64,000 nucleotides of DNA from positions 682 through 64,681 of the forward strand of contig JAHJUI010000005.1 in the NCBI GenBank assembly GCA_018829185.1, given 5' to 3'. The position numbers and the translations under genes were made by a program. This DNA is from Nanobdellota archaeon (GTDB lineage Archaea > Nanobdellota > Nanobdellia > SCGC-AAA011-G17 > PNOQ01). Below the pieces are notes generated by a model, which was not told the origin of the DNA, did not search any database, and was given only the letters and a program-made list of their open reading frames with translations. The first letter of the stretch is position 1, and each line of letters starts with the position of its first letter. Below are positions 55,747-64,000 of the stretch, piece after piece.

Positions 55747-55836
55747 TTTTACTAAATTTCAGGATAAAACGCTCTTTTTAAAGGTTTTTATCAGATTTTG
55801 AGCGTTAAATTTAAATACTAAAAAGTAAAGTTAAAT

Positions 55837-57573
55837 ATGATGAAAGAAAAAGATAAAGAATTAGAATTAGAAAAGTTGAGACATACTTGTAGTCATGTTT
55901 TAGCTCATGCTGTTAGAAACTTGTTCCCAAAAGTTAAATTAGGTATGGGGCCGGCAATTGAAAATGGATTCTATTATGATTTCGATAAAAAAGAAGGATT
56001 TGACCAAGAAGAATTAAAAAATATTGAAAAAGAAATGAAGAGAATTATAAGGCGAAACCTTCCCTTGAAAAAAATTGAAGTTTCTAAAGAAAAAGCTAAA
56101 GAAATGTTAAAAGGGGAAAAATATAAATTAGAACTTTTAGAAGATTTGAAAGGAAAAATTACTTTTTATGAACAAGGAGATTTTAAAGATCTTTGCAAAG
56201 GCCCACATTTGGAAACAACTGGAGATATTATCGCTTTTAGTTTGTTAAAAACTTCTGGAGCTTATTGGAAGGGAGATTCTAAAAACAAAATGCTTCAAAG
56301 GATTTATGGGACTGCTTTTTTTAATAAAAATGAAATGGATGAATATGTACTTAGAATGGAAGAAGCAGAAAGAAGAGACCATAGAAAAATTGGGAAACAA
56401 TTAGATTGGTTTAGTTTTCATGAAGAAGCACCAGGAAATGTTTTTTGGCACCCTAAGGGGAGTATAATCTATAATGAAGTTTTAAAATATTGGAGAGAAA
56501 TACATGAAAGAGAAGATTATCAAGAAGTAAAAACCCCAATAATCTTGAATAAGAAATTATGGATGTCTAGTGGACATTGGGACAATTTTAAAGAAAATAT
56601 GTATTTCACTAAAATTGATGATACTGATTTTGCAGTTAAACCAATGAACTGCCCAGGCGGGATGTTAATCTATAAATCGCGGTTGCACAGCTACAGAGAA
56701 TTTCCAATGAGAATAGCAGAACTTGGAACTTGCCATAGGCATGAACTTTCAGGAACTTTACAAGGTTTGTTTAGAGTTAGAATGTTTACGCAGGATGATG
56801 CTCATATTTATTGTTTGCCTGATCAAGTTAAAGGTGAAATTAAGAAAATTATAAAACTGGTTTTAGAAATTTACAAAACTTTTGGTTTCCCTGAAGGGAA
56901 AATCGAATTAAGTACTATGCCAAAAAAACATATTGGTTCTTTAAAGGTTTGGAAAGAATCTGAAAAAATACTGACGGAAGTTTTGAAAGAAGAGAAAATT
57001 GATTATGAATTAAATCCAGGAGATGGTGCTTTTTATGGTCCTAAAATTGATTTCCATGTTAAAGATTGTTTAGGAAGAACCTGGCAATGTGGAACCATTC
57101 AATTAGACTTTTCAATGCCAGAAAATTTTGATTTGAAATATGAGGCTGCAGATGGTCAAAAACATAGACCAATAATGTTGCATAGAACTGTTTTAGGAAG
57201 TATTGAAAGATTTATTGGTGTATTAATTGAAAACTACGCTGGAAAATTACCTGTTTGGCTGAATCCTACTCAAGTTATTGTTTTGACTGTAACTGATAGA
57301 AGTAAACCTTTTGCAAAGAGGGTTGTTGGGGAGTTAAAGAAAAATGGAATAAGGGTTCATTTAGATGATAGGGCACAATCAGTTCCAAAGAAAGTTAGAG
57401 ATTCACAATTGCATAAAGCAAATTATACTTTAACAATTGGGGACAAGGAAGTTGAAACTGAAACTCTTGCTATAAGGACGTTAGATGGAAATGTTAAATT
57501 TAATGTTAAATTAAGCAAATTTATTGATGAAATTTTAAAAGAAATAAAAGAAAGAAAAAACTATAGCAAGTGA
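55837..57573 (+). CDS. thrS: threonine--tRNA ligase (editing domain + class II catalytic core + anticodon-binding domain; no N-terminal TGS domain)
   Basis: RHTCSHVLAHAV (editing-domain His motif), class II motifs (…FRVRMFTQDDAHIY…, …GTIQLDF…), C-terminal anticodon-binding domain. 578 aa. Confidence 0.88.
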   Translation: MMKEKDKELELEKLRHTCSHVLAHAVRNLFPKVKLGMGPAIENGFYYDFDKKEGFDQEELKNIEKEMKRIIRRNLPLKKIEVSKEKAKEMLKGEKYKLELLEDLKGKITFYEQGDFKDLCKGPHLETTGDIIAFSLLKTSGAYWKGDSKNKMLQRIYGTAFFNKNEMDEYVLRMEEAERRDHRKIGKQLDWFSFHEEAPGNVFWHPKGSIIYNEVLKYWREIHEREDYQEVKTPIILNKKLWMSSGHWDNFKENMYFTKIDDTDFAVKPMNCPGGMLIYKSRLHSYREFPMRIAELGTCHRHELSGTLQGLFRVRMFTQDDAHIYCLPDQVKGEIKKIIKLVLEIYKTFGFPEGKIELSTMPKKHIGSLKVWKESEKILTEVLKEEKIDYELNPGDGAFYGPKIDFHVKDCLGRTWQCGTIQLDFSMPENFDLKYEAADGQKHRPIMLHRTVLGSIERFIGVLIENYAGKLPVWLNPTQVIVLTVTDRSKPFAKRVVGELKKNGIRVHLDDRAQSVPKKVRDSQLHKANYTLTIGDKEVETETLAIRTLDGNVKFNVKLSKFIDEILKEIKERKNYSK

Positions 57574-57579
57574 TTTTCT

Positions 57580-58056
57580 ATGTTAGATAAATTAAAAGAA
57601 AAATTAAAGGAAATAAAAGAATTAGATAAGTTTAAAGATTGGAATGGAAAACATTTTGATGCTTATCTTTGTAGTATTTTTGTTGCTGATAAATTACAAT
57701 TTGATTTTTATGATCCTGAAACTGATAGGATAACTAGTTTTAATGGTGAAGAAGTTATTGAAGAGCAAGAAATTCTTAGAAAAGAGAAAAAGAAATTAAT
57801 TGAATTAAAATTAGATGATCTTAAAATTGATTTAGATAATGTTAAAGAAATTATTAAAAAATTAATAGATGAAAAATATAAGGGAGAAAGTTCAAATAAA
57901 GAAATTGTTTTTTTACAAAATTTTGAAGATAAAATTATTTGGAATGTAACTTATATTACAGATACTTTTAATATTTTAAATGTTAAAGTTGATGCTAAAA
58001 CTGGAGAAACTCTTTTTGAAAAGATTGAATCTGCTTTAAATTGGAAAGTTAACTAA
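57580..58056 (+). CDS. hypothetical coiled-coil protein
   Basis: 158 aa, Lys/Glu-rich. Confidence 0.4.
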   Translation: MLDKLKEKLKEIKELDKFKDWNGKHFDAYLCSIFVADKLQFDFYDPETDRITSFNGEEVIEEQEILRKEKKKLIELKLDDLKIDLDNVKEIIKKLIDEKYKGESSNKEIVFLQNFEDKIIWNVTYITDTFNILNVKVDAKTGETLFEKIESALNWKVN

Positions 58057-60139
58057 GGTCAATGTAAATTTCTCTGTCTGTTCCTTCTCCTGCTAAGGTT
58101 AAAAGTGGTACTGGAATAGCTGCTTCGTTTATTATTTCTTGAGAAATTGCATTTATTGCTGCGTTTATTGAACTGCTCATTGTTACGTTTATATAATCTT
58201 CTCCTACTTCAAAAATTCTGAATTCTGTTGGGTAATTCATAGTTGCTGTTGTTGTGAAATAATGTATTCCATTATATTCTTCATAGGTGTTTGCGTGGTT
58301 ATGTCCGCTGATTACAACTATTGTTTTGTAATCATTTTTGTAGTTTTCTAGAATTGTTTCAATTTCATCTTCAGTGCATCTAAACCCATTAGAAGAAGTA
58401 TTCATATACTCATCATTGCAATGCATTCCTATGTGATGAAATAAGAATAATTTTTTGTTTTGACCTTGATAAGTTGATAATGTTTCACTTAAAAAAGTTT
58501 CATTGTATCTGCTTTCAGATGTACCTTCGCTTATTTCTGAAAGGCCTACAAACAAGTTATTTCCCTTGACAAAATTCCAATTCATCATATCTGAACCAAA
58601 TATGCTTTCATAAATTAGTTGACATATTGGATCGTCAATATTGTCGTGCCAATGTGCACCGATTAAATAATAATCTGAACCAACTGTTCCTAATCCATCT
58701 GCTATTGATTTAAATGCGTTAAAAGAAGTATTTTGGTTGCAATCTGGATTTGCTACATTATCTCCCGTGAAGATTGCAAAATCATAATCAATATTTTGTG
58801 CTTCTTGGATTGCATCTTGTAAAGCAATTGTTGGTGCTAAGGAAGTTCTGGATGTTGAATTTATCCATTGGCAGATTCCAGTTGAACATTCACTTACATA
58901 ATCAGTTAAATAATTTTCGCAATCTGTTCTTCCGTCTCCCGGAACAGAATTTCCGCAAAGACCTGCAATAATTATGTGTGTATCCGTGATTTGTAAAAAT
59001 GTTAAAGGTTGTTCTTCTATTTGTTGCTCCATATAAGTATAATAATCTTGTATTTCATTTTCTTGTAACTTTCTGTTCCACACTGCAACTTCATCTATTG
59101 CTCCATAGAAATAATTATAAGCAATTAATTTATTATATCCTATTGCAAAGGGATGTATTATTGGTTGAGATATGTAACCTACATAGGATTCTGAATCTTT
59201 TACTCCATTAACATAAAAAGTGATATTTGGTGCATCATAGATCATAATTAAATTGTGCCATTCGTCTTGGCTCCAAGAATTTTTATTTGTTGTTGTAGAT
59301 GAGCCTGTAACCCCCATTCTAAGTGATCCTTGACTAATCCCAAAATATGTTGACCACCCGCCCGGTGTTCCACCTGTATTTTGTGAGACTAAACCCCTAT
59401 TTTTTGATAGTGAAGAATTAATTGTTTCTGTTGGTTTAAACCAAAGTGAAACTGTAAAAGTTTCTGTTAAATTTAAACTCAAGTCATTTCCAAAACTTAC
59501 GTAATTATTCACCCCATTAAAATTTAAAGCATTGTCAAAAGCCCCAACTATTTGAGTTGCTCCATTTATTGTTCCATCGTTATTATTAATTCCCCCTTCA
59601 TCTTCTGCATTTGTGTCTAAACTCCAGTAAGAAATTAATCCTGATTGGGGTAATGGATTGTATGTTCCTTTTTGTTTTATTTCTCTAACAAATATTGCTG
59701 CTGGGGCTGTGGGGATTAAAATTTTTTCATTTACTAAAACTTTTGGGAATAATTCTATTCTTTCTATTTTTCCTATACAAGTTATATCAACATTAAACCA
59801 TTTTGAAGAAAATTCTTCTAATCCATCAATAATATTTCCTGATTTAGTTTCTTGATTTGTTATAATTCTAATAACAAAGCTATTTATTGAGACTTCTGCT
59901 TTGTTTTCTATTAAAATTTCTAAACTATCACATCCTATTGAAGGATCAGATGCTTTTGCATCTAATATTTTTACATCGACTCCTATAAGTACCATTACTT
60001 CTTCTATTTCTTCTCCAGTTTGTTCTGTTTGAGAATTAAAAAATTGTCCGCCCCATCTAAAAACTAAGGCTGCTAATACTATTGTGAAACCAATTAATAG
60101 AACTGTTGCTATTAAAGGAGAAATGCCTCTTTTTTTCAT
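58049..60139 (-). CDS. archaeal class III (type IV pilin-like) signal peptide fused to LamG-like and calcineurin-like phosphoesterase domains
   Basis: N-terminus MKKRGISPLIATVLLIGFTIVLAALVF is the canonical archaeal prepilin/archaellin signal (KRG/ISPLIATVLLI). LamG_3 block (AIDEVAVWNRKLQENEIQDYY). Phosphoesterase motifs (LQITDTHI, FTGDNVAN, FHHIGMH, SGHNHANT). Box A lies 20 nt upstream. Confidence 0.6.
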   Translation of the reverse strand: MKKRGISPLIATVLLIGFTIVLAALVFRWGGQFFNSQTEQTGEEIEEVMVLIGVDVKILDAKASDPSIGCDSLEILIENKAEVSINSFVIRIITNQETKSGNIIDGLEEFSSKWFNVDITCIGKIERIELFPKVLVNEKILIPTAPAAIFVREIKQKGTYNPLPQSGLISYWSLDTNAEDEGGINNNDGTINGATQIVGAFDNALNFNGVNNYVSFGNDLSLNLTETFTVSLWFKPTETINSSLSKNRGLVSQNTGGTPGGWSTYFGISQGSLRMGVTGSSTTTNKNSWSQDEWHNLIMIYDAPNITFYVNGVKDSESYVGYISQPIIHPFAIGYNKLIAYNYFYGAIDEVAVWNRKLQENEIQDYYTYMEQQIEEQPLTFLQITDTHIIIAGLCGNSVPGDGRTDCENYLTDYVSECSTGICQWINSTSRTSLAPTIALQDAIQEAQNIDYDFAIFTGDNVANPDCNQNTSFNAFKSIADGLGTVGSDYYLIGAHWHDNIDDPICQLIYESIFGSDMMNWNFVKGNNLFVGLSEISEGTSESRYNETFLSETLSTYQGQNKKLFLFHHIGMHCNDEYMNTSSNGFRCTEDEIETILENYKNDYKTIVVISGHNHANTYEEYNGIHYFTTTATMNYPTEFRIFEVGEDYINVTMSSSINAAINAISQEIINEAAIPVPLLTLAGEGTDREIYIDLS

Positions 60140-60200
60140 AATAATAATTTAAGAAAATATGTTTATAAACTTTTCTAAGTGTTGTTCCTCTTAAGAAGGT

Positions 60201-60422
60201 TTATTTTAAAATTTTTGTTTTTGAGGTTTTTCCAGAAATTATTTTTACTTTTTGTTTAAGAAGCTTTGAAAAATATTTTTCTATTTCTATATTTGCCTTA
60301 TTTTTTTCCGGTAATGCTTTTACTTCTACTTTGTATGCTTTTCTTTCTTTGTTGTAACCAATAATTTGTGTTTTTTTAGAATTTGTTTTTACAATTATTT
60401 TTATTGGTAGCTTTATTTCCAT
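60201..60422 (-). CDS. DUF167 (YggU/UPF0235) family protein
   Basis: VKALPEKNKANIEIEKYFSKLLKQKVKIISGKTSKTKIL matches the DUF167 core. Likely start is MEIKLPIKII, whose ATG overlaps the dph5 stop by 8 nt. Confidence 0.5.
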   Translation of the reverse strand: MEIKLPIKIIVKTNSKKTQIIGYNKERKAYKVEVKALPEKNKANIEIEKYFSKLLKQKVKIISGKTSKTKILK

Positions 60423-61135
60423 TGTTGTAAGGCTTCTTCTTCCATGAAATGTAATTTTCCTGGAATAATTAGGCATTGGGGGAATTTATCCCATTTTATT
60501 TTATTTAATTTTGACAATTTATCTACTTTTATAGTTTGATTTTTATTCCCTATTCTGGAACAAGCTATTGCTAATTGATCTTTAACATTGTTTTTTAATA
60601 AAAATTCAATTGCATTATTTATTGATAAGAATTTTTTTGTAATTGGATCTAAATCTAATAAAAATAAAGTATGTAACTCTTGTTTTTGGTTTTGATCTAA
60701 AACTTGTATTGGGGTTTTTGTTTCATGGAAGGGTATTGATGTTATTTTTCCATATTTGTAAACTTCTAAGCCTACAACCCCTATTGCGGAGGTAATTGAA
60801 GCATTATGTATAAATTCTATTTTTATTTTCTTTTCCCTGGCTCTTTGTAATAAATCTACATGTGTTGTTGCAGAGAAAATATCTCCTATTACTAAAAAAG
60901 CTACATTTGATTTTTTTGCTTTTTCAAGCATTTCATCTGCTTTTTTTTCTACTAAATCTCTATCTGCTACTGTTATTTTTTTCTTGTAAAGTTTTTCTAG
61001 TTTTTTAATTGAAGTTGGGAGTATTGATGTGTAATATTCTAAGTAAATATATTTGCATTTTTTTATTGCTTCTAGCCCTTTTAGGGTTATATCTTTTTCA
61101 TCATTTAATCCAAGTCCAATAAAATATAATGTCAT
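60413..61135 (-). CDS. dph5: diphthine synthase
   Basis: MTLYFIGLGLNDEKDITLKGLEAIKKCKYIYLEYYTS matches the tetrapyrrole-methylase-fold Dph5 N-terminus. 240 aa. Confidence 0.85.
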   Translation of the reverse strand: MTLYFIGLGLNDEKDITLKGLEAIKKCKYIYLEYYTSILPTSIKKLEKLYKKKITVADRDLVEKKADEMLEKAKKSNVAFLVIGDIFSATTHVDLLQRAREKKIKIEFIHNASITSAIGVVGLEVYKYGKITSIPFHETKTPIQVLDQNQKQELHTLFLLDLDPITKKFLSINNAIEFLLKNNVKDQLAIACSRIGNKNQTIKVDKLSKLNKIKWDKFPQCLIIPGKLHFMEEEALQQWK

Positions 61136-61608
61136 TTTTTGTTCACCTTGAAAATTAATGTGAATAATGCTCCTGATGTGAAAGCTAAAATGAAATTATT
61201 GGGTATTTTAACAAATAAAAGTAAAAAAGGAATTGCAAAGAAGACTAAGTCGAATAAAAGTGTTTTATATTTGTATTTTTTTGAGAATAATAAAGAACCA
61301 TAAGGCAATCCAAATAGGAAAATTAAAATTACTGTAAATAAATTTAATGTTGAAAACAAAGCTAATCCAAAGTAGAAATATTCTTTTTTAAAGAAATATG
61401 CTACGATTAATCCAATTATGAAGAATATTATTGTTGATATGTAATTAGGTAATGCTAGATAGAATAGAAAAGTTACTAGGAAAATTAAAATTGTCCTTTT
61501 TAACCAAATAAAATATTTTTTTCCTTGTTTTAATTCTTCTTTTGTAAATCTAGCTAATAGTAAACCGACTACAATTCCCAAGAAGGTTATTATTATTTCT
61601 ATTAACAT
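61132..61608 (-). CDS. integral membrane protein
   Basis: 4-5 TM helices. Overlaps the dph5 start by 4 nt. Confidence 0.45.
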   Translation of the reverse strand: MLIEIIITFLGIVVGLLLARFTKEELKQGKKYFIWLKRTILIFLVTFLFYLALPNYISTIIFFIIGLIVAYFFKKEYFYFGLALFSTLNLFTVILIFLFGLPYGSLLFSKKYKYKTLLFDLVFFAIPFLLLFVKIPNNFILAFTSGALFTLIFKVNKK

Positions 61609-61643
61609 AAGCCAAATAGAAATTTGGGAGTATAAAAGATTTT

Positions 61644-63806
61644 TTATTTATGTTTTTTATGCTTTCTTTTTTTATGTTTCTTTTTTCTTTTCTTTTTCTG
61701 TTCTTTTTCTTCTTCTTTTCTTCTTCTGTTGAAAAACAAAAATCCTGCGATAGCAATAACTAGTAGCATTAGTGAAAGTGTTAACTTCCATAATGGTGGT
61801 TCTGTAACTTCTGTTGTTGGTAATTCTGTTGTCGGTGCTTCAATTTCTGTTCTACATATACCGCTATCGCAGGCGGTGTTATTTGGGCACTCAAAAATAT
61901 CAGACCATTCATAACATGGATCTTGGTCATAATTTCTACATACTACATATGTATTATCATCTATGCAAACTTTTTGGTCTTTTGCACATTCATCTCTACA
62001 GGGCAAAGAAGGTTCGCATGCTAATTCTGCTTCGGAATTATCTGTTGGGCTCATGCATCCTGGGTCATCTGGGAAGTCTGTGCATCCATCATTATCATTG
62101 TCTCTGCCATCATTACAATCTGGATAATTATATGAGTGGGTTATGTAGTCGTCGTCATCGTCATCTGGTGGAGTTGATTGACAATTTGATGCTGAACTAC
62201 AATCTTGATCAGCACAATCTACTTCATTATCCCCGTCATTGTCTATTCCGTCATTACAATTTTCTTGGATTTGATCATAAATACATGCTAGTGGGCCACA
62301 AATATTAATTGTAAATGGATTTCCATCATCGCAATTAGAATCATTGAAATAGTGTGTTATATGACCTAACCCACTCCCTTCTTCAACGCAATCATCATCT
62401 GTACAATCTACTCCATCATCAAGTTGTGGCCCGGTGCCCACTTGGCATCCTGTAATTGGATCGCCTGTAATTGGGTCACAAGTTTCTTCCCCATTGCAAT
62501 ATAAATTATCATTACAATAACTATGAGCTGGATTATTTTCGCATTCTGAATTAACGTTACATATATCTTCTGTACAATCAAAACTATCATCACAATCATT
62601 CTGGTTTTCACATTCAACAACTGTTACACTTCCTGTTGAAGCATCTCCTTGTGTTTCTATTTCCAACATTACATAATCATTATAAATATAATCATAATAC
62701 CATTCTCCTGGCGGGCTTAATCTTGGTGGATCTATTTCTTGGTCATCTATCTCTCTTAATTTAGGGGTTGCACAATCTGATGCTGAATCACATTGATCTT
62801 GGCCTTCTCCTGGAACTTCTGTGCAAACATTTTGTACGCATTCTGCATGTGTTATTCCGGCGGTAATTCCTTCATAATCCCAAGCTAAAAAAGTTACAAT
62901 GTTGTTTGAAATATAGTCTTCTAAATTTTCGTAATAAAAGATATTTCCTGAGAAAGAAACTTCTGTTTGGGAGTTTGTTGAATATAATTCTACAAAATTA
63001 CTCTCACTATAATCATAAATATATAGTTTTCCTTCATGTGGCAAACTAGATAGGGGATCCTTGAAATAACCCTCCCAAGTAAAATTAATCCTTTCTAAAT
63101 TATTTGGTACTTCAAAGAAATATTTTAAGGCTCCATGTAAACAATCTTTTTTAGATGCAAATAAAGCAAAATCAGAGTTTTCACCATTGGGGTCTTGTAA
63201 ATTAGAATAAGTTAAATTTTCCATGCAATCATAAGGATTGTCATATTGTATTTCACAAGAAAATCTATTTGGGGCAATTTCATCTGGGCCCTTGTTTTCG
63301 CAATCTGAAATCATTTCTACATCTAAATGCCATTGATCTGCCCAAGTTTCGTTTGTATCTTGATCAGAATGAAGTTCAAAAACTTCTCCCGGATAAGTAG
63401 AATCACATCCTGCAGAGTTACAGACTTGTGCATACCAAGTTAGATCTGCTTCTGCTGTTAATGTAATTGATCCTCCTGAGACAATATCTCCCTCAGCTAA
63501 ACAATCAGTTTGATCATCGTAATCACAACTTGAGAAACTTGGTGAATCATCTATTAATAATTTACACGAAGCTCCACCATCATCAAATTCTGCTGTGAAA
63601 ATTATGTTTTCTCCTACAATGTAGTTTAGCCCAATTGGGGGTTGTACAGTTATACTTGTTAAAGAAGGAAGTGGTGCTCCAGGTGGTGCTAATCTTGGTT
63701 CTTTAATAATAACTGGAAAAAATTTTAAAGAAAAAAATATACTAAAAGTTAGAAAAATCAAGATAAATACAGATATATAAATAGTCCAAACTTGCTTTCT
63801 GTCCAA
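61644..63806 (-). CDS. Cys-rich surface protein with TSP3-like Ca-binding repeats, C-terminal TM anchor and poly-basic tail
   Basis: N-terminal TM/signal. More than 60 Cys. CNDGIDNDGDNEVDC and CNDGRDNDNDGCTD repeats. TM plus RRRKEEEKEQKKKRKKKHKKRKHKKHK. Confidence 0.5.
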   Translation of the reverse strand: MDRKQVWTIYISVFILIFLTFSIFFSLKFFPVIIKEPRLAPPGAPLPSLTSITVQPPIGLNYIVGENIIFTAEFDDGGASCKLLIDDSPSFSSCDYDDQTDCLAEGDIVSGGSITLTAEADLTWYAQVCNSAGCDSTYPGEVFELHSDQDTNETWADQWHLDVEMISDCENKGPDEIAPNRFSCEIQYDNPYDCMENLTYSNLQDPNGENSDFALFASKKDCLHGALKYFFEVPNNLERINFTWEGYFKDPLSSLPHEGKLYIYDYSESNFVELYSTNSQTEVSFSGNIFYYENLEDYISNNIVTFLAWDYEGITAGITHAECVQNVCTEVPGEGQDQCDSASDCATPKLREIDDQEIDPPRLSPPGEWYYDYIYNDYVMLEIETQGDASTGSVTVVECENQNDCDDSFDCTEDICNVNSECENNPAHSYCNDNLYCNGEETCDPITGDPITGCQVGTGPQLDDGVDCTDDDCVEEGSGLGHITHYFNDSNCDDGNPFTINICGPLACIYDQIQENCNDGIDNDGDNEVDCADQDCSSASNCQSTPPDDDDDDYITHSYNYPDCNDGRDNDNDGCTDFPDDPGCMSPTDNSEAELACEPSLPCRDECAKDQKVCIDDNTYVVCRNYDQDPCYEWSDIFECPNNTACDSGICRTEIEAPTTELPTTEVTEPPLWKLTLSLMLLVIAIAGFLFFNRRRKEEEKEQKKKRKKKHKKRKHKKHK

Positions 63807-63829
63807 ATTAACACCTCTTTTTGGCCTTA

Positions 63830-64000
63830 TTTCTTTTTCTTAGGCCACATAACAGCATAATAAAATAAACCTAAAAATAATACTGTTACGCTAATAATCG
63901 TGAATAAGTAATTTTGTCTTGTTTGGCTTAATAACTCTGGATTTGCTTGGCCTGGGGATAATTGAACCCCTTCAACTTTATCTGCTCCTTTTAATGCTAC
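63830..64000 (-). CDS. 3' end of a membrane-protein gene (partial at window edge)
   Basis: Open frame to the window end. C-terminus ...VLFLGLFYYAVMWPKKKK*. Confidence 0.3.

Noticed and set aside
1-64000. CRISPR array or cas genes
   Set aside because: No series of regularly spaced direct repeats and no Cas-like ORFs were seen. Poly-purine tracts such as 61650..61730 encode poly-Lys tails.

Overview
AT-rich (~30% GC) window from an archaeal genome, most likely a small-genome DPANN-type lineage. The archaeal call rests on ribosomal protein uS10, archaeal PheRS alpha/beta, aCPSF1, proteasome beta subunit, class I CCA-adding enzyme, Dph5, deoxyhypusine synthase and palindromic TTTATAAA box-A promoters about 25 nt upstream of start codons (leaderless mRNAs). 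The window mixes housekeeping genes with many secreted, Cys-rich or glycosylation-sequon-rich surface proteins that end in a C-terminal TM helix plus basic tail. Housekeeping genes: rps10, glmS, prs, dys, pheS/pheT, TrmB regulator, ABC transporter pair, psmB, cca, nfo-like, RsmB/Nop2-like methyltransferase, iscU, dcd, thrS, dph5, tRNA-Gly. Notable items: (1) a ~156-nt GC-rich element at 11281..11436 whose ends look like a tRNA(CAU) interrupted by two or three introns; (2) a three-gene nucleotidyltransferase + HD phosphohydrolase cassette with an AbrB/PhoU-like regulator and a palindromic direct-repeat operator candidate; (3) three paralogous LamG + calcineurin-like phosphoesterase surface proteins, one with an archaeal class III (pilin-type) signal peptide; (4) prs split by an exact 20-bp tandem duplication, dcd split by a 1-nt frameshift, dph2 truncated and replaced by an RHH mini-cassette with an in-frame TAA; (5) a LAGLIDADG-like protein of extreme Lys/AT composition beside glmS; (6) recurring intergenic motifs (a 42-nt promoter-associated repeat and a TTGAGCGCAGCTCTAAA hairpin). 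No CRISPR array, integrase, transposase or reverse transcriptase was seen.
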